From Lysobacteraceae bacterium (lineage in GTDB: Bacteria > Pseudomonadota > Gammaproteobacteria > Xanthomonadales > Xanthomonadaceae), in the NCBI GenBank assembly GCA_044227145.1, contig JBGAFR010000002.1:48703-112702 (forward strand): a stretch of 64,000 nt of DNA. Direction: 5' to 3'. Shown in pieces: positions 10,521-23,281 of the stretch. Under the pieces are notes generated by a model. That model was not told the DNA's origin. It saw only the letters and a list, made by a program, of their open reading frames with translations, and did not search any database. A program made the position numbers and the translations under genes. Every line of letters begins with the position of its first letter. The stretch's first letter is position 1.

Positions 10521-11900
10521 TTACGGGCCGAAGTAGGTCGAGATGCTGGAATACACGTCCGCGAAGCGCGAGTAGTAGTCCGGCGAAGTCGTGGCCGAGC
10601 ACGAGGCGTAGCCGCCGTAGAGGCCGCCGGTGAGCTGGTAGGTGCCGTCGGTCGCGATCTTGAACAGCGCCGAGCCCGACGAACCGCCTTCGGTGGTACC
10701 GGTGGTCCACTTCACCTGGTACAGCGGCGACTTGCCGCTGAGCGAACTCGACAGTGCGGTCACGCTGCCCAGCGAGTACATCTTGGCGTCGCCCGCCGGG
10801 TGGTGGATGCCTTCGATCGCGGTGCCGGTGGCGGCGATGGCGGCGCTGGTCCAGCCCGCGTACACGGCACCGGCCGGCGGCGCGGTTTTCAGTTCCAGCA
10901 GGAGGGTGTCTCGCGTGGTGTTCGAGTAGCGCAGATAGGCACCGCCGGTCAGGGTCACCGCGCCCGCGGCCTGGGTGGTGCCGCCGCAGGTGGTCGCCTT
11001 GTAGAACCAGTAGGTCTGCAGCGTGTTGGCGACGGTCTGGGTACTGATGCAGTGCGCCGCGCTCCAGAACAGGTGGCGCTTGGTCGCGTTGCTGTTGTTG
11101 AGCAGCGTGCCGGTGCACAGGTACGAGCTGCCGCCCTTGGTGAACAGCATCCGCGCCACGGCCTTCTCGGCGGCGAGGAAGCCGGCGGTCGGGCTGGTGC
11201 GGCAGACGATGTCGCGGTTGCAGCTGCCGCTCTCGCCGATCTTCGCGAACGCGGCGATCTGCGCGTCCTCGGCCAGCGGACTCATGTCGAGGTGCGAGAT
11301 CTGCGGCATCGCCAGGGCGAACTGCTGCGGGCGCAGGCCCTTCGCCAGCACGACCTCGACGCTGGACGTCGCGCCCATCGTCACCGGCGACCAGCCGGCC
11401 TGCTTGCCGGCGAACTCGCGGCCGTTCATCTCGAACACGCGGCCGTCGTTGCCGCCGAAGCGGAAGGTCACCCCGGCCGGATTCGCGCCGCGGCCGACGG
11501 CCTTCAGCGAGAACGCGGCGCGCATCGCGACGGCGTCGGCAGAACCGATCTCGAAGCGGGTGGCGTAGCGCCCGTCGGACAGTTTCTGCCAGCCGAGGCG
11601 GGCGAGGGCGATGCGCGGATTGGGCACGTCGCGGGCGAAACCGATCTCGAACGGCTGGCCCTGCTTGGCCTGCGCCTGGCGGCGGCTCTTGAGGGCGCGT
11701 GCGTCGCCGACCGACGGCGAGGACAGGGCGACGAGGGTCGGGCCGCGCGAGGCGACGGCGAATTCGGCGGCGCCCAGCGCCTTGGCCGACGGCGCCGCGG
11801 CGACGACGTCGGAGGTCATTTCCACGGGCGCGGCGTGCGCGAGCGGGGCGAGGGACAGCGCGGCGAGGAGCGCGGCGTGCAGCGAGGTGTTGCGAACCAT
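10521..11900 (-). CDS. Secreted lysyl-endopeptidase-like serine protease (S1) with pro-region
   Basis: Signal peptide; CTGTLLNN, SAAHC (catalytic His), IHHPAGD and EGGSSGS (catalytic Ser). Confidence 0.85.
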   Translation of the reverse strand: MVRNTSLHAALLAALSLAPLAHAAPVEMTSDVVAAAPSAKALGAAEFAVASRGPTLVALSSPSVGDARALKSRRQAQAKQGQPFEIGFARDVPNPRIALARLGWQKLSDGRYATRFEIGSADAVAMRAAFSLKAVGRGANPAGVTFRFGGNDGRVFEMNGREFAGKQAGWSPVTMGATSSVEVVLAKGLRPQQFALAMPQISHLDMSPLAEDAQIAAFAKIGESGSCNRDIVCRTSPTAGFLAAEKAVARMLFTKGGSSYLCTGTLLNNSNATKRHLFWSAAHCISTQTVANTLQTYWFYKATTCGGTTQAAGAVTLTGGAYLRYSNTTRDTLLLELKTAPPAGAVYAGWTSAAIAATGTAIEGIHHPAGDAKMYSLGSVTALSSSLSGKSPLYQVKWTTGTTEGGSSGSALFKIATDGTYQLTGGLYGGYASCSATTSPDYYSRFADVYSSISTYFGP

Positions 11901-12160
11901 GACGATGCTTCCTTGTGTCGTTGGGTACGGAAAAGCCGTCGGCCGATGCGCGGCTGCGCCGCGCTTCCGGTGGCCGGTGGCGATGGTCTGCGCAGGACGA
12001 ACGTCGCGCAGCCCGACGATCCTAGCGACGGGCCGTCTCGCGGAATGCGATGGCGGTCGGTGTTCGGCGCAGCACGCAGCGCCCCCGGGCGTACCCGGCG
12101 CCGGCGTGTCGCGATCGGTTCAACGCCGGTGTCGCGCGGCGCGCAACGCCGCGCCGGCGG

Positions 12161-12919
12161 TCACTTGAAGACGCGGCGCAGCAGGTCGCTGGTGCGCGCG
12201 AGCGGGTTCTGGCGGATCTGCCGTTCCTGGTCGGCGATGACGTGGAACAGGCCGTCGATGGTCCGTCGGGTGACGTAGCCGTCGAGATCGGCACCGTTCA
12301 TCGGCTGGCCGCTGCCGCCGCCGAGCAGCGCGCCGGCCAGCGCGTTGCCGCCGGCCTTCTTCGAGAAATCCTTGTACTTGCGGGTCACGCCGACTGCGGC
12401 GGTCTGCTTCTGGACGATCGGCAGGAAGGAATCGTAGAGCTTCTGTTCGCTGGTGCGACGGAAGAAGTCGGTGGCCGAGGTGTCGCCGCCGCGGACCAGG
12501 CCGATAGCGTCCTGCACCGTCATCTTGCGTACCGAGTCGGCGAGGATGTTCGCCGCCATCGGCACGGCCTTTTCCGCGGCGCGGTTCATCGACAGCTCGA
12601 AGGCGTCCACCTGCTTGCCCGCGCCGAGCTTGCGCGCGAGGTCCGCGGCCTTGCGCAGGCGCTCGGGCACGAGAATCTTCACCGTCTGGTCGCGGAAGAA
12701 ACCGTCGGGGGTGCCGAGCTGGCGCACCGCGCGATCCACGCCCTGCGCCAGCGCCTCGCGGATGCCGCCGGCGGCGTCCTTCTCGCTGAGCCCGGCGGTG
12801 CTGCTGCCGGTATTGCCGCCGAGCAGGCGATCCTTGAGCTGCTGTTCCAGCGACTGCGCGCCGGCTGCGGTGGCGAAGACCAGGCAGGCGGTGAGGACGG
12901 ACAGGGACGAACGGCGCAT
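12161..12919 (-). CDS. DUF4197-family exported protein
   Basis: Signal peptide; GIREALAQGVDRAVRQLG..DGF, SMNRAAEKA and IADQERQIRQNP patterns. Confidence 0.8.
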   Translation of the reverse strand: MRRSSLSVLTACLVFATAAGAQSLEQQLKDRLLGGNTGSSTAGLSEKDAAGGIREALAQGVDRAVRQLGTPDGFFRDQTVKILVPERLRKAADLARKLGAGKQVDAFELSMNRAAEKAVPMAANILADSVRKMTVQDAIGLVRGGDTSATDFFRRTSEQKLYDSFLPIVQKQTAAVGVTRKYKDFSKKAGGNALAGALLGGGSGQPMNGADLDGYVTRRTIDGLFHVIADQERQIRQNPLARTSDLLRRVFK

Positions 12920-13082
12920 GGCGGGCTCCTCGCGGGGGTCTGCGGATCAGGATACGCCCCCGCTCTGCCTCCACGGAGCTTTTCCGAGCCGCAACAAGGC
13001 AGATTTCCGACCTTCGGGCGTGGCGTACACCGGCACCGCATCCGTTTCGGACAGTAGACGCTTTGCGGGAGCCGTTGCTTTT

Positions 13083-13127
13083 CTCCCTCCCTTTCGCCGA
13101 AGGCGAAGGGGAGGGTTGGGGAGGGGT
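13083..13127 (+). repeat. Left arm of a 45-bp inverted repeat (REP-like, internally palindromic)
   Basis: CTCCCTCCCTTTCGCCGAAGGCGAAGGGGAGGGTTGGGGAGGGGT matches the reverse complement of 13485-13529 at 42/45 positions. Confidence 0.9.
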
Positions 13128-13145
13128 CGAACGACAGGAGATGCC

Positions 13146-13532
13146 ATGACGACACTGCGACAACGTGCCCGCCGCCTGCGTAACAAGGCGACCGACGCCG
13201 AGCGCCGTCTGTGGCAGGCGCTTCGCCGCAGGGAGATCGAGGGATTCCGCTTCCGGCGGCAGGTGCCGCTGGCGGGCTGCATCGTCGATTTCCTGTGCCC
13301 GCAGGCGAAATTGGTGGTCGAAGTCGACGGCGACCAGCATGCGGGCGCCATCGAATACGACGAAGTGCGCACCGCGAGGCTCGTGCTGGCGGGGTATCTC
13401 GTGCTTCGCTACGCCAATCGCGAGGTGCTGCTGAGGACGACGCTTGTTGTCGATGACATCCATCGTGAGCTGACGCGCGATTTCACCCCTCCCCAACCCT
13501 CCCCTGCGCCTATGGCGAAAGGGAGGGAGTAA
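13146..13532 (+). CDS. DUF559 / Vsr-like PD-(D/E)XK endonuclease
   Basis: ARRLRNKATDAERRLW..LR, FRRQVP, IVDFLC..KLVVEVDGDQH, VLRYANREV; GGAG ribosome-binding site before ATG 13146. Confidence 0.85.
   Translation: MTTLRQRARRLRNKATDAERRLWQALRRREIEGFRFRRQVPLAGCIVDFLCPQAKLVVEVDGDQHAGAIEYDEVRTARLVLAGYLVLRYANREVLLRTTLVVDDIHRELTRDFTPPQPSPAPMAKGRE
13485..13529 (-). repeat. Right arm of the 45-bp inverted repeat, overlapping the DUF559 3' end
   Basis: ACCCCTCCCCAACCCTCCCCTGCGCCTATGGCGAAAGGGAGGGAG. Confidence 0.9.
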
Positions 13533-13635
13533 GGACACAAGCGCTTCGCAACGCTGGCAGCGCGGGTAGGGCACCGCGTTACCATGTGCGCCAGTACCGA
13601 ACACGGCAACACGGGCACGGCATGAAGGTCACGGC

Positions 13636-14634
13636 ATGATGATCCTGGTCACGGGCGGCGGCGGTTTCCTCGGGCATGCGCTGTGCCGCGGGCTGGTCGA
13701 ACGCGGGCACGAGGTCGCGAGCTACAACCGCGGCCATTACGCCGATCTCGATCCGCTGGGCGTGCGCCAGATCCGCGGCGACTTGGCTGATCGCGACGCC
13801 GTCATCGCCGCCTGCGCCGGCGTGGACGCGATCTTCCACAACGCCGCAAAGGCCGGCGCCTGGGGCAGTTACGACAGCTACCACCAGGCGAACGTCGTCG
13901 GCACCGACAACGTGCTCGCCGCCTGCCGTGCGCACGGCATCGGCCGGCTGGTCTACACCTCCACGCCGAGCGTGACCCATCGCGCGACGCATCCGGTCGA
14001 AGGCGGCACCGCCGACACCGTGCCCTACGGCGAAGGCTTCAAGGCGCCGTACGCGACCACCAAGACCATCGCAGAGAAGGCGGTGCTGGCGGCGAACGAT
14101 GCGAACCTCGCGACCGTCGCGCTGCGGCCGCGGCTGATCTGGGGCCCGGGCGACCAGCAACTGGTGCCGCGGCTGGCCGATCGCGCGCGCGCCGGTCGGC
14201 TGCGCTTCGTCGGGGGCGGCCACAACCGCATCGACACCACCTACATCGACAACGCCGCGCAGGCGCATTTCGACGCCTTCGACCACCTCGCGCCGGGCGC
14301 GGCCTGCGCCGGCAAGGCCTACTTCATCAGCAACGGCGAGCCCAAGCCGGTGCGCGAGATCGTCAACGCGCTGCTGCGCGCGGTCGGTGCGCCGGAGGTC
14401 GACAAGGCGCTGTCGTTCCGTGCCGCGTATGCCATCGGCGCGGTTTGCGAAGGCCTGTGGACGGTGCTGCCATTGAAGGGCGAACCGCCGCTGACGCGCT
14501 TCCTCGCCGAGCAGCTGAGCACGACGCACTGGTACGACATGGCGCCCGCGACCCGCGACTTCGGCTACGTGCCGAAGGTGACGATCGCCGAAGGCCTGGC
14601 GCGGCTGGCTGCGGCGCATGCCGGCGCGAGCTGA
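13636..14634 (+). CDS. oleD: OleD 2-alkyl-3-oxoalkanoate reductase (extended SDR / 3-beta-HSD family)
   Basis: TGGGGFLG Rossmann motif and YATTK catalytic motif; ole cluster context. Confidence 0.85.
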   Translation: MMILVTGGGGFLGHALCRGLVERGHEVASYNRGHYADLDPLGVRQIRGDLADRDAVIAACAGVDAIFHNAAKAGAWGSYDSYHQANVVGTDNVLAACRAHGIGRLVYTSTPSVTHRATHPVEGGTADTVPYGEGFKAPYATTKTIAEKAVLAANDANLATVALRPRLIWGPGDQQLVPRLADRARAGRLRFVGGGHNRIDTTYIDNAAQAHFDAFDHLAPGAACAGKAYFISNGEPKPVREIVNALLRAVGAPEVDKALSFRAAYAIGAVCEGLWTVLPLKGEPPLTRFLAEQLSTTHWYDMAPATRDFGYVPKVTIAEGLARLAAAHAGAS

Positions 14635-14698
14635 GCGTTCCCCGGCATGCGGAACGCCCGGCGACCGTGCCGGCGGTGCCCCCGGCTAGAATGCCCGC

Positions 14699-15379
14699 AT
14701 GACTGCCTCCCCCCTCGACTGGAAGCCGCTGGCCGGCCGCGCGCTGGAATCGGCGCTCAACCGCGCCGTCGCCCTCGATCCCGACACCCGCGAGGCGCTG
14801 CCGCCGCTGGATGGCCGCAGCGTGGTGCTGGCGCTGGCGGGCGGCGACGGCTCCGATGCGCCGCCGCTGGCGCTGCGCATGACCGTCGACGGCGACCGGC
14901 TGCGCGTCGGCCCGGTTGACCCCGCGGCCACGCCGGATCTCGCGGTCCGCAGCACGCTCGGCGGGGTGGTGTCGTTCGGGTTGCGCAACGTGCTGCCGCG
15001 ACTGCTGGGTACCGCGCCGGACGACGCCGACGCGCTGCCGGTCGGGCGCATGCGGATCGAGGGCGATGCCGACCTCGCGCGTCGCCTGCAGCGCCTCGCG
15101 GAGCGCTTCGACCCCGACTGGCAGAAACCTTTCGCCGACGTGTTCGGCGACGTGCTCGGCGTGCAGATCGCCAATGGCGTCGCGGCCGCGCTGCGCGGTG
15201 CGCGCGAGGGCGGGCGCCGGTTCGCAGGGGCCGCGGCCGAATACGTGACCGAGGAATCGCGCGACGTGGTGCCGCGCGCCGAGCTCGACGCCTTCCTCGA
15301 CGATGTTGACGCGCTGCGCGACGACGCGGCGCGTCTGGCTGCGCGGGTGACGCGCCTGCAGAAGCGGGTCGACGCATGA
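14699..15379 (+). CDS. ubiJ: UbiJ (SCP2-domain ubiquinone biosynthesis accessory factor)
   Basis: [30 protein letters not shown] and [11 protein letters not shown]; lies directly upstream of ubiB. Confidence 0.8.
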   Translation: MTASPLDWKPLAGRALESALNRAVALDPDTREALPPLDGRSVVLALAGGDGSDAPPLALRMTVDGDRLRVGPVDPAATPDLAVRSTLGGVVSFGLRNVLPRLLGTAPDDADALPVGRMRIEGDADLARRLQRLAERFDPDWQKPFADVFGDVLGVQIANGVAAALRGAREGGRRFAGAAAEYVTEESRDVVPRAELDAFLDDVDALRDDAARLAARVTRLQKRVDA

Positions 15380-15404
15380 GCGCGGCTCCCGAGAGGGCCG
15401 CCGC

Positions 15405-17063
15405 ATGAATGCCGTCCTGCGCGCCACCCGCATCGGTCGCGTCCTGCTGCGCTATCGCCTCGACGACCTGCTCGACGGCACGCCGGCCGAGCGCTGGCTC
15501 AAGCTCGCGCGCCCGTTCGTGCCGCGCGCGTCGGCCGAGGTCGCCGCGATGTCGCGCGGCGCGCGCCTGCGCCTGGCGCTGCAGGAGCTGGGGCCGATCT
15601 TCGTCAAGTTCGGGCAGATCCTCTCCACCCGCCGCGACCTGATGCCGCCGGACATCGCCACCGAGCTGGCGCTGCTGCAGGACCGGGTCGCGCCGTTCGA
15701 CGGCGAGACCGCGCGTCGCATCGTCGAGACCGCGCTGGCGCAGGACATCCGCGAGGCCTTTGAGCACTTCGACACCGCGCCGCTGGCGTCGGCGTCGATC
15801 GCGCAGGTCCACGCCGCGCGCCTGCCCGGCGGCCGCGAGGTCGTGGTGAAGGTGCTGCGCCCGGACATCGAGCGCCAGATCGACGGCGACATCGCGCTGC
15901 TGTCGAGCATCGCCGCGCTGGTCGAACGCGCCCACCCCCGCGCCGAGAAGATCCGGCCGCGCGAAGTGGTGCGCGAGATCGAGACCACGCTGGCCGCCGA
16001 ACTCGACCTGCAGCGAGAGGGCGCGAACGCGTCGGTGATCCGCCGCTTCTGGAAGGATTCGCCCGACCTCTACGTGCCCGAGGTGATCTGGAGCCACACC
16101 GCCGAGCGCGTGCTCACGCTCGAACGCGTGTACGGCATCCCCAGCGACGACGTGGTCGCGCTCGACGCCGCCGGCATCGACCGCAAGGCGCTGGCGGCCA
16201 AGGGCGTGCGCGTGTTCTACACCCAGGTGTTCCGCGACAACTTCTTCCACGCCGATGCGCACGCCGGCAACATCTGGGTCGACAGCGACCCGGCGCGCAA
16301 GGACAACCCGCGGTTCATCGCGATCGACTTCGGCATCGTCGGCCAGCTTTCCAGCGAGGACCAGTACTACCTCGCCGAGAACTTCATGGCGATATTCAAC
16401 CGCGATTACCGGCGCATCGCCGAGCTGCACGTGCAGGCCGGCTGGATGCCGGCGACCACCCGCATCGACGAGCTGGAAGCCGCCGCGCGCGCCGTGTGCG
16501 AGCCGTACTTCACGCGGCCGCTGTCGGAAATCTCACTGGCCGAGGTGCTGGTCAAGCTGTTCCGCACCGCGCAGAAATACGAGCTGACCCTGCAACCGCA
16601 GCTGATCCTGCTGCAGAAGACCCTGCTCAACATCGAGGGCGTGGGCCGTCAGCTCGACCCGCAGCTCGACATCTGGGCGGTGGCCAAGCCGGTGCTGGAG
16701 AAGATCCTGGTCGAGCGCTACAGCCCGGCGCGGCTGGCGAGCGAGTTCCGCAAGCGCCTGCCCGAACTGGTCACGCGCGCGCCGGAGATGCCCAAGCTGC
16801 TGCACGACTGGCTGAGCCAGCAGACCAGCGGCCGCCACGAACTCGGCATGCGCTCGACCGATCTCGCCGACCTCGCCGACACCGTGCGCGCCATGCAGCG
16901 GCGGATCGTCTCGGCGATCCTCGGCACCGGGCTGCTGATCGTCGCGGCGGTGCTGTACGCACTGGAAGCCGGCGGACCGCGCATCATCAACGTCCCGGCC
17001 GCCGCGTGGATCGCCGGCCTCGGCGGCCTCTGGGCCCTGATCGCGGCCTGGCCGCGGCGGTGA
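15405..17063 (+). CDS. ubiB: UbiB protein-kinase-like ubiquinone biosynthesis protein
   Basis: [49 protein letters not shown] and C-terminal TM helices. Confidence 0.95.
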   Translation: MNAVLRATRIGRVLLRYRLDDLLDGTPAERWLKLARPFVPRASAEVAAMSRGARLRLALQELGPIFVKFGQILSTRRDLMPPDIATELALLQDRVAPFDGETARRIVETALAQDIREAFEHFDTAPLASASIAQVHAARLPGGREVVVKVLRPDIERQIDGDIALLSSIAALVERAHPRAEKIRPREVVREIETTLAAELDLQREGANASVIRRFWKDSPDLYVPEVIWSHTAERVLTLERVYGIPSDDVVALDAAGIDRKALAAKGVRVFYTQVFRDNFFHADAHAGNIWVDSDPARKDNPRFIAIDFGIVGQLSSEDQYYLAENFMAIFNRDYRRIAELHVQAGWMPATTRIDELEAAARAVCEPYFTRPLSEISLAEVLVKLFRTAQKYELTLQPQLILLQKTLLNIEGVGRQLDPQLDIWAVAKPVLEKILVERYSPARLASEFRKRLPELVTRAPEMPKLLHDWLSQQTSGRHELGMRSTDLADLADTVRAMQRRIVSAILGTGLLIVAAVLYALEAGGPRIINVPAAAWIAGLGGLWALIAAWPRR

Positions 17064-17091
17064 GGCATCCGCGTCGTCTCGTGGGAATCCC

Positions 17092-17212
17092 GTAGGGCGG
17101 GCCCTGGCCCGCCGTCATTGCCTATCCGCCTGCCGCGAATGGGGATCGAAGCCGTCGATCGCCGGACGTGACCACCGGAGCGTTGGAGATGGCGGGCCGG
17201 GGCCCGCCCTAC
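17092..17212. repeat. GTAG-type REP doublet (REPIN) between convergent ubiB and the M16 peptidase gene
   Basis: GTAGGGCGGGCCCTGGCCCGCC (17092-17113) and its inverted copy GGCGGGCCGGGGCCCGCCCTAC (17191-17212), with 1 mismatch. Confidence 0.8.
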
Positions 17213-17234
17213 ACCGCAACTCCGGCCTGCGGCA

Positions 17235-20015
<2,781 letters not shown>

Positions 20016-20120
20016 GCGCGTTCCTTGGGCGGGTCGGTGGCGGGTCGGCGGCCCGGATGGCGGGACAGGGGCGGCCGATCGGCGAAAATGGCGATTGTGC
20101 GACGCGCTGCGACCCCGGAC

Positions 20121-20852
20121 ATGGCCGAAAAGTTTGCCCCGCCCCCCGACGACACCGATCCGATCCCGGTCCTATACCGCGACGAGCGCCTCGCCGTGGT
20201 CGACAAGCCGGCCGGGCTGATGGTCCACGACAGCGCGCTGGCGCGCGGCGAAACCGATTTCATGGCCGACCGCCTGCGCGAGCAGTTCGGCCGGCCGGTG
20301 TTCCTCGTGCATCGTCTCGATCGCGCCACCAGCGGCTGCCTGCTGCTGGCCTTCGATCGCGAGGCGGCCTCGGCGCTGGGCAAGACGCTGATGTCCGGCG
20401 AGGTCGAAAAGGCCTATCTCGCCATCTGTCGCGGCTGGCCCGCGGAGGCGGCGTTCACCGTCGACCATCCGCTGGACGGCGGCCCGGGCAAGCCGCAGAA
20501 GAAGCCGGCGATCACGCGGTTCGAACGGCTGGCGACCTGCGAGCTGGCGTTGCCGTCGGCGGGCTTTCCGACCTCGCGCTACGCGCTGTTGCAGGCGTGG
20601 CCGCAGACCGGGCGCTTCCGCCAGATCCGTCGCCACCTCAAGCACCTGTCGCACCATCTCATCGGCGACACCAGCCACGGCGATGGCCGCCACAACCGCC
20701 AGTTCCGCATGCTCGGCATCCACCGCATGCTGCTCCACGCCGAGCAATTGGGCTTCGCGCATCCCGACGACGGCCGGCGGATCGTGGCGACCGCGCCGCC
20801 GGAGGGCGAATTCGCGAAGGCGCTGGCGCTGTTCGCGCCGCCGGCCGGCTGA
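20121..20852 (+). CDS. truC: RluA-family pseudouridine synthase, TruC-like
   Basis: VDKPAGLMVH, HRLDRATSG (catalytic Asp), TGRFRQIRRHL..HHLIGDTSHGDG. Confidence 0.75.
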   Translation: MAEKFAPPPDDTDPIPVLYRDERLAVVDKPAGLMVHDSALARGETDFMADRLREQFGRPVFLVHRLDRATSGCLLLAFDREAASALGKTLMSGEVEKAYLAICRGWPAEAAFTVDHPLDGGPGKPQKKPAITRFERLATCELALPSAGFPTSRYALLQAWPQTGRFRQIRRHLKHLSHHLIGDTSHGDGRHNRQFRMLGIHRMLLHAEQLGFAHPDDGRRIVATAPPEGEFAKALALFAPPAG

Positions 20853-20861
20853 GCCGCGGGG

Positions 20862-21377
20862 TCAGCGGCGCTCGGGCGCGGCCTTGCCGTCGTCGTGCAG
20901 TTCGCGCTCGAAGTCGCGCTGCATGCGGTCGACCGTCTCTTCGATCATCGGCCGCATCTCGTCGGTGGCGAGCTGCATCGCCTGCGGCAGCTTGGCGAGG
21001 ATGCTGCGGCCGGTGTCGCTGCCGTAGAAGGCGATCATGGCGTCGACCTCCTCGGCAGTGAAGGTACGGGTGTAGATGCGCCGATACACCGGGCTGAGCT
21101 TGTCCCAGGTCAGCATCCCGCGCAGCGCGTCGTGCTGGCGGTCGAGGAGGCGCTGCATCTTCGCCCGGGCCTCCGGGGTGGGGTCGGGGCCGATCGCGCG
21201 CTCTGCGCCGATCGCGGCGCCCTGGTCCATCTGCGCCACGATCTGGTTCACCAATTGCGGCATGTCGAGCGCGGCGAACAGCCGGTCGATCTGGGCGTCG
21301 GTCGGCGGGGCAGCGAGGGCCGGGGCCGTCGATGCCAACAACAGCAGCGGCAGCAGGCGCGTGGCGAAACGACGCAT
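20862..21377 (-). CDS. DUF2059-domain exported protein
   Basis: Signal peptide; FTAEEVDAMIAFYGSDTGRSILAKLP. Confidence 0.75.
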   Translation of the reverse strand: MRRFATRLLPLLLLASTAPALAAPPTDAQIDRLFAALDMPQLVNQIVAQMDQGAAIGAERAIGPDPTPEARAKMQRLLDRQHDALRGMLTWDKLSPVYRRIYTRTFTAEEVDAMIAFYGSDTGRSILAKLPQAMQLATDEMRPMIEETVDRMQRDFERELHDDGKAAPERR

Positions 21378-21394
21378 CGGGGCCGGCAGCGCGG

Positions 21395-22027
21395 TCAGCG
21401 CCGGCTGCGGTTGCGCAGTTCGGTGTCGAAGCCGCGTTTCATGTCGCCCAGCATCGGCAGCAGCAGGTCCTCGAGGCCCTGCATCGCTTCCGCGGCGTCG
21501 CGGGTGCCGCCGAGCATCTGGTCCTCGATCTGGCCGTTGTCGCCGTAGGGCGAGCGGTAGCGCTCTTCCTTGGCGTCGGGATGGCGCGTGCCGTAGCCGG
21601 AGGTGTAGAGGTCGCGAGTGACCGGGCTGAGGCGGTCCCAGTAGCGGCGGACCAGCTGTTCGGCGTCGGCGCGGTAGCGGGCGGCGGCGGCGCGGTCGGT
21701 CATGGCGTTGCCGCTGGTGGCGCTGCCGTCCATCTGGCCCTGGACGAGGCCGAGCAGCGCCTGGACTTCGTCCGCGGCGCGCTGGGACGAGGCCGGGCCG
21801 CCCCCCATCTCGCCGCCGAAGCCGCCGGTGAGGCTGGCGGCGGGGCCGAAGTCCTGGCCGCCGGCGGTCGCCGGCGCGGACGGGGCCCAGTTGCGGGAAC
21901 CGCCCACCAGGGCCGGATCGCCGCCGCCGCCGCCGACCATGGCCCGGTCCTGCGCCGAGGCGGAGAGGATCGGCAGTGCCGACAGGCAGGCGAGGAGGAC
22001 GAGGGACAGGGGCGTGCGAGGGGACAT
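21395..22027 (-). CDS. Hypothetical exported protein with a Gly-rich N-region
   Basis: ATG at 22027 followed by signal peptide MSPRTPLSLVLLACLSALPILSASA. Confidence 0.6.
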   Translation of the reverse strand: MSPRTPLSLVLLACLSALPILSASAQDRAMVGGGGGDPALVGGSRNWAPSAPATAGGQDFGPAASLTGGFGGEMGGGPASSQRAADEVQALLGLVQGQMDGSATSGNAMTDRAAAARYRADAEQLVRRYWDRLSPVTRDLYTSGYGTRHPDAKEERYRSPYGDNGQIEDQMLGGTRDAAEAMQGLEDLLLPMLGDMKRGFDTELRNRSRR

Positions 22028-22177
22028 GACCGGGACTCTCCGTGCGATCGGGGGGCTGTCTGCAGGCGGCGGCCCGCGTCTGCGGGCGTGAAGGGCCATC
22101 TTCCGGCAGCGCTCGTGGCCGGTCAATCGACCGGCGCCCGCCCGCCGACGGCCGGGAGCGCTCGCTACAATCGTCGT

Positions 22178-22588
22178 ATGGACAGCGAGATCGTCATCCC
22201 CGAGTCGGAACTGGTGGAGCGCTTCGTGCGCGCCTCGGGCCCGGGCGGGCAGAACGTCAACAAGGTCGCCACCGCGGTCGAGCTGCGGTTCGACATCGCC
22301 GCTTCGCCGACCCTGCCCGATGCCGTCCGCGAGCGCCTGCTCGCGCGCCGCGACCGGCGGGTGACCGTCGAGGGCGTGCTGGTGATCAGCGCCCAGCGGT
22401 TCCGCACCCAGGAGCGCAACCGCGAGGACGCCCGCGAGCGCCTGGCCGCGTTCGTGGCGGCGGGCCAGCACGTGCCGACGCCGCGGGTCGCGACCAAGCC
22501 GTCCCGCGCGGCCAAGAAGCGCCGGCTCGACGACAAGCGCCAGCGCGCCGGGGTCAAGCGCGAACGCACCCGCAGGGACTGGGACTGA
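22178..22588 (+). CDS. arfB: Alternative ribosome rescue peptidyl-tRNA hydrolase ArfB (YaeJ)
   Basis: RASGPGGQNVNKV GGQ motif, RTQERNREDA and a basic C-terminal tail. Confidence 0.92.
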   Translation: MDSEIVIPESELVERFVRASGPGGQNVNKVATAVELRFDIAASPTLPDAVRERLLARRDRRVTVEGVLVISAQRFRTQERNREDARERLAAFVAAGQHVPTPRVATKPSRAAKKRRLDDKRQRAGVKRERTRRDWD

Positions 22589-23199
22589 TGGCCGCCGGCC
22601 CGCCGGACGCCCCGCAACCCCTGCTGACGCTGCCTCCGCGCCTGCCGCGCGTCCCGCGCAGCGGCTTCTCGCGCTGGCTCGGGCGCACGATCCTGCGGCT
22701 CGGTGGCTGGCGCCTGGTCGGCAGCTTCCCGGACATTCCCAAGGCGGTGCTGATCGGCGCGCCGCATTCCTCGAACTGGGACGGGCTGTGGGGGTTCGCC
22801 GCGAAGGCGGCGCTGGGCCTCGACCTCCGGATCTTCGCCAAGCACCAGTTGTTCTGGTGGCCGCTGGGCCCGGTGCTGCGCCGCTTCGGCCTCATCCCGG
22901 TCAATCGCGGCGACCCGCGCGGCCTGATCGACCAGATGCTGCAGCGCTTCCACGACCAGGACGCCTTCTGGCTGGGGATCGCGCCCGAGGGCACCCGCCG
23001 GCGGGTGGAGCGCTGGAAACCGGGGTTCTGGAAGATCGCGCACGCGGCCGGCGTGCCGATCGTGCCGGCGTACTTCCACTACCCGGAGAAGATCATCGGC
23101 ATCGGCGCGCCGTTCGTGACCAGCGACGACATGGACGCAGACCTCGCCCGCATCCGGGCGTGGTACGCGCCGTGGCAGGGCAAGCGCCGCGGCGTGTGA
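22588..23199 (+). CDS. Lysophospholipid acyltransferase (PlsC-like)
   Basis: HX4D motif (PHSSNWD) and PEGTR; start overlaps the arfB stop. Confidence 0.85.
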   Translation: MAAGPPDAPQPLLTLPPRLPRVPRSGFSRWLGRTILRLGGWRLVGSFPDIPKAVLIGAPHSSNWDGLWGFAAKAALGLDLRIFAKHQLFWWPLGPVLRRFGLIPVNRGDPRGLIDQMLQRFHDQDAFWLGIAPEGTRRRVERWKPGFWKIAHAAGVPIVPAYFHYPEKIIGIGAPFVTSDDMDADLARIRAWYAPWQGKRRGV

Positions 23200-23281
23200 G
23201 CCCGCATGCCCTGCGCTCACTGGCATTGCCCCCGCCTTCCCGTATCCTTGCCGTGTTCATCCTGACGGGGCCGGGGACGCC

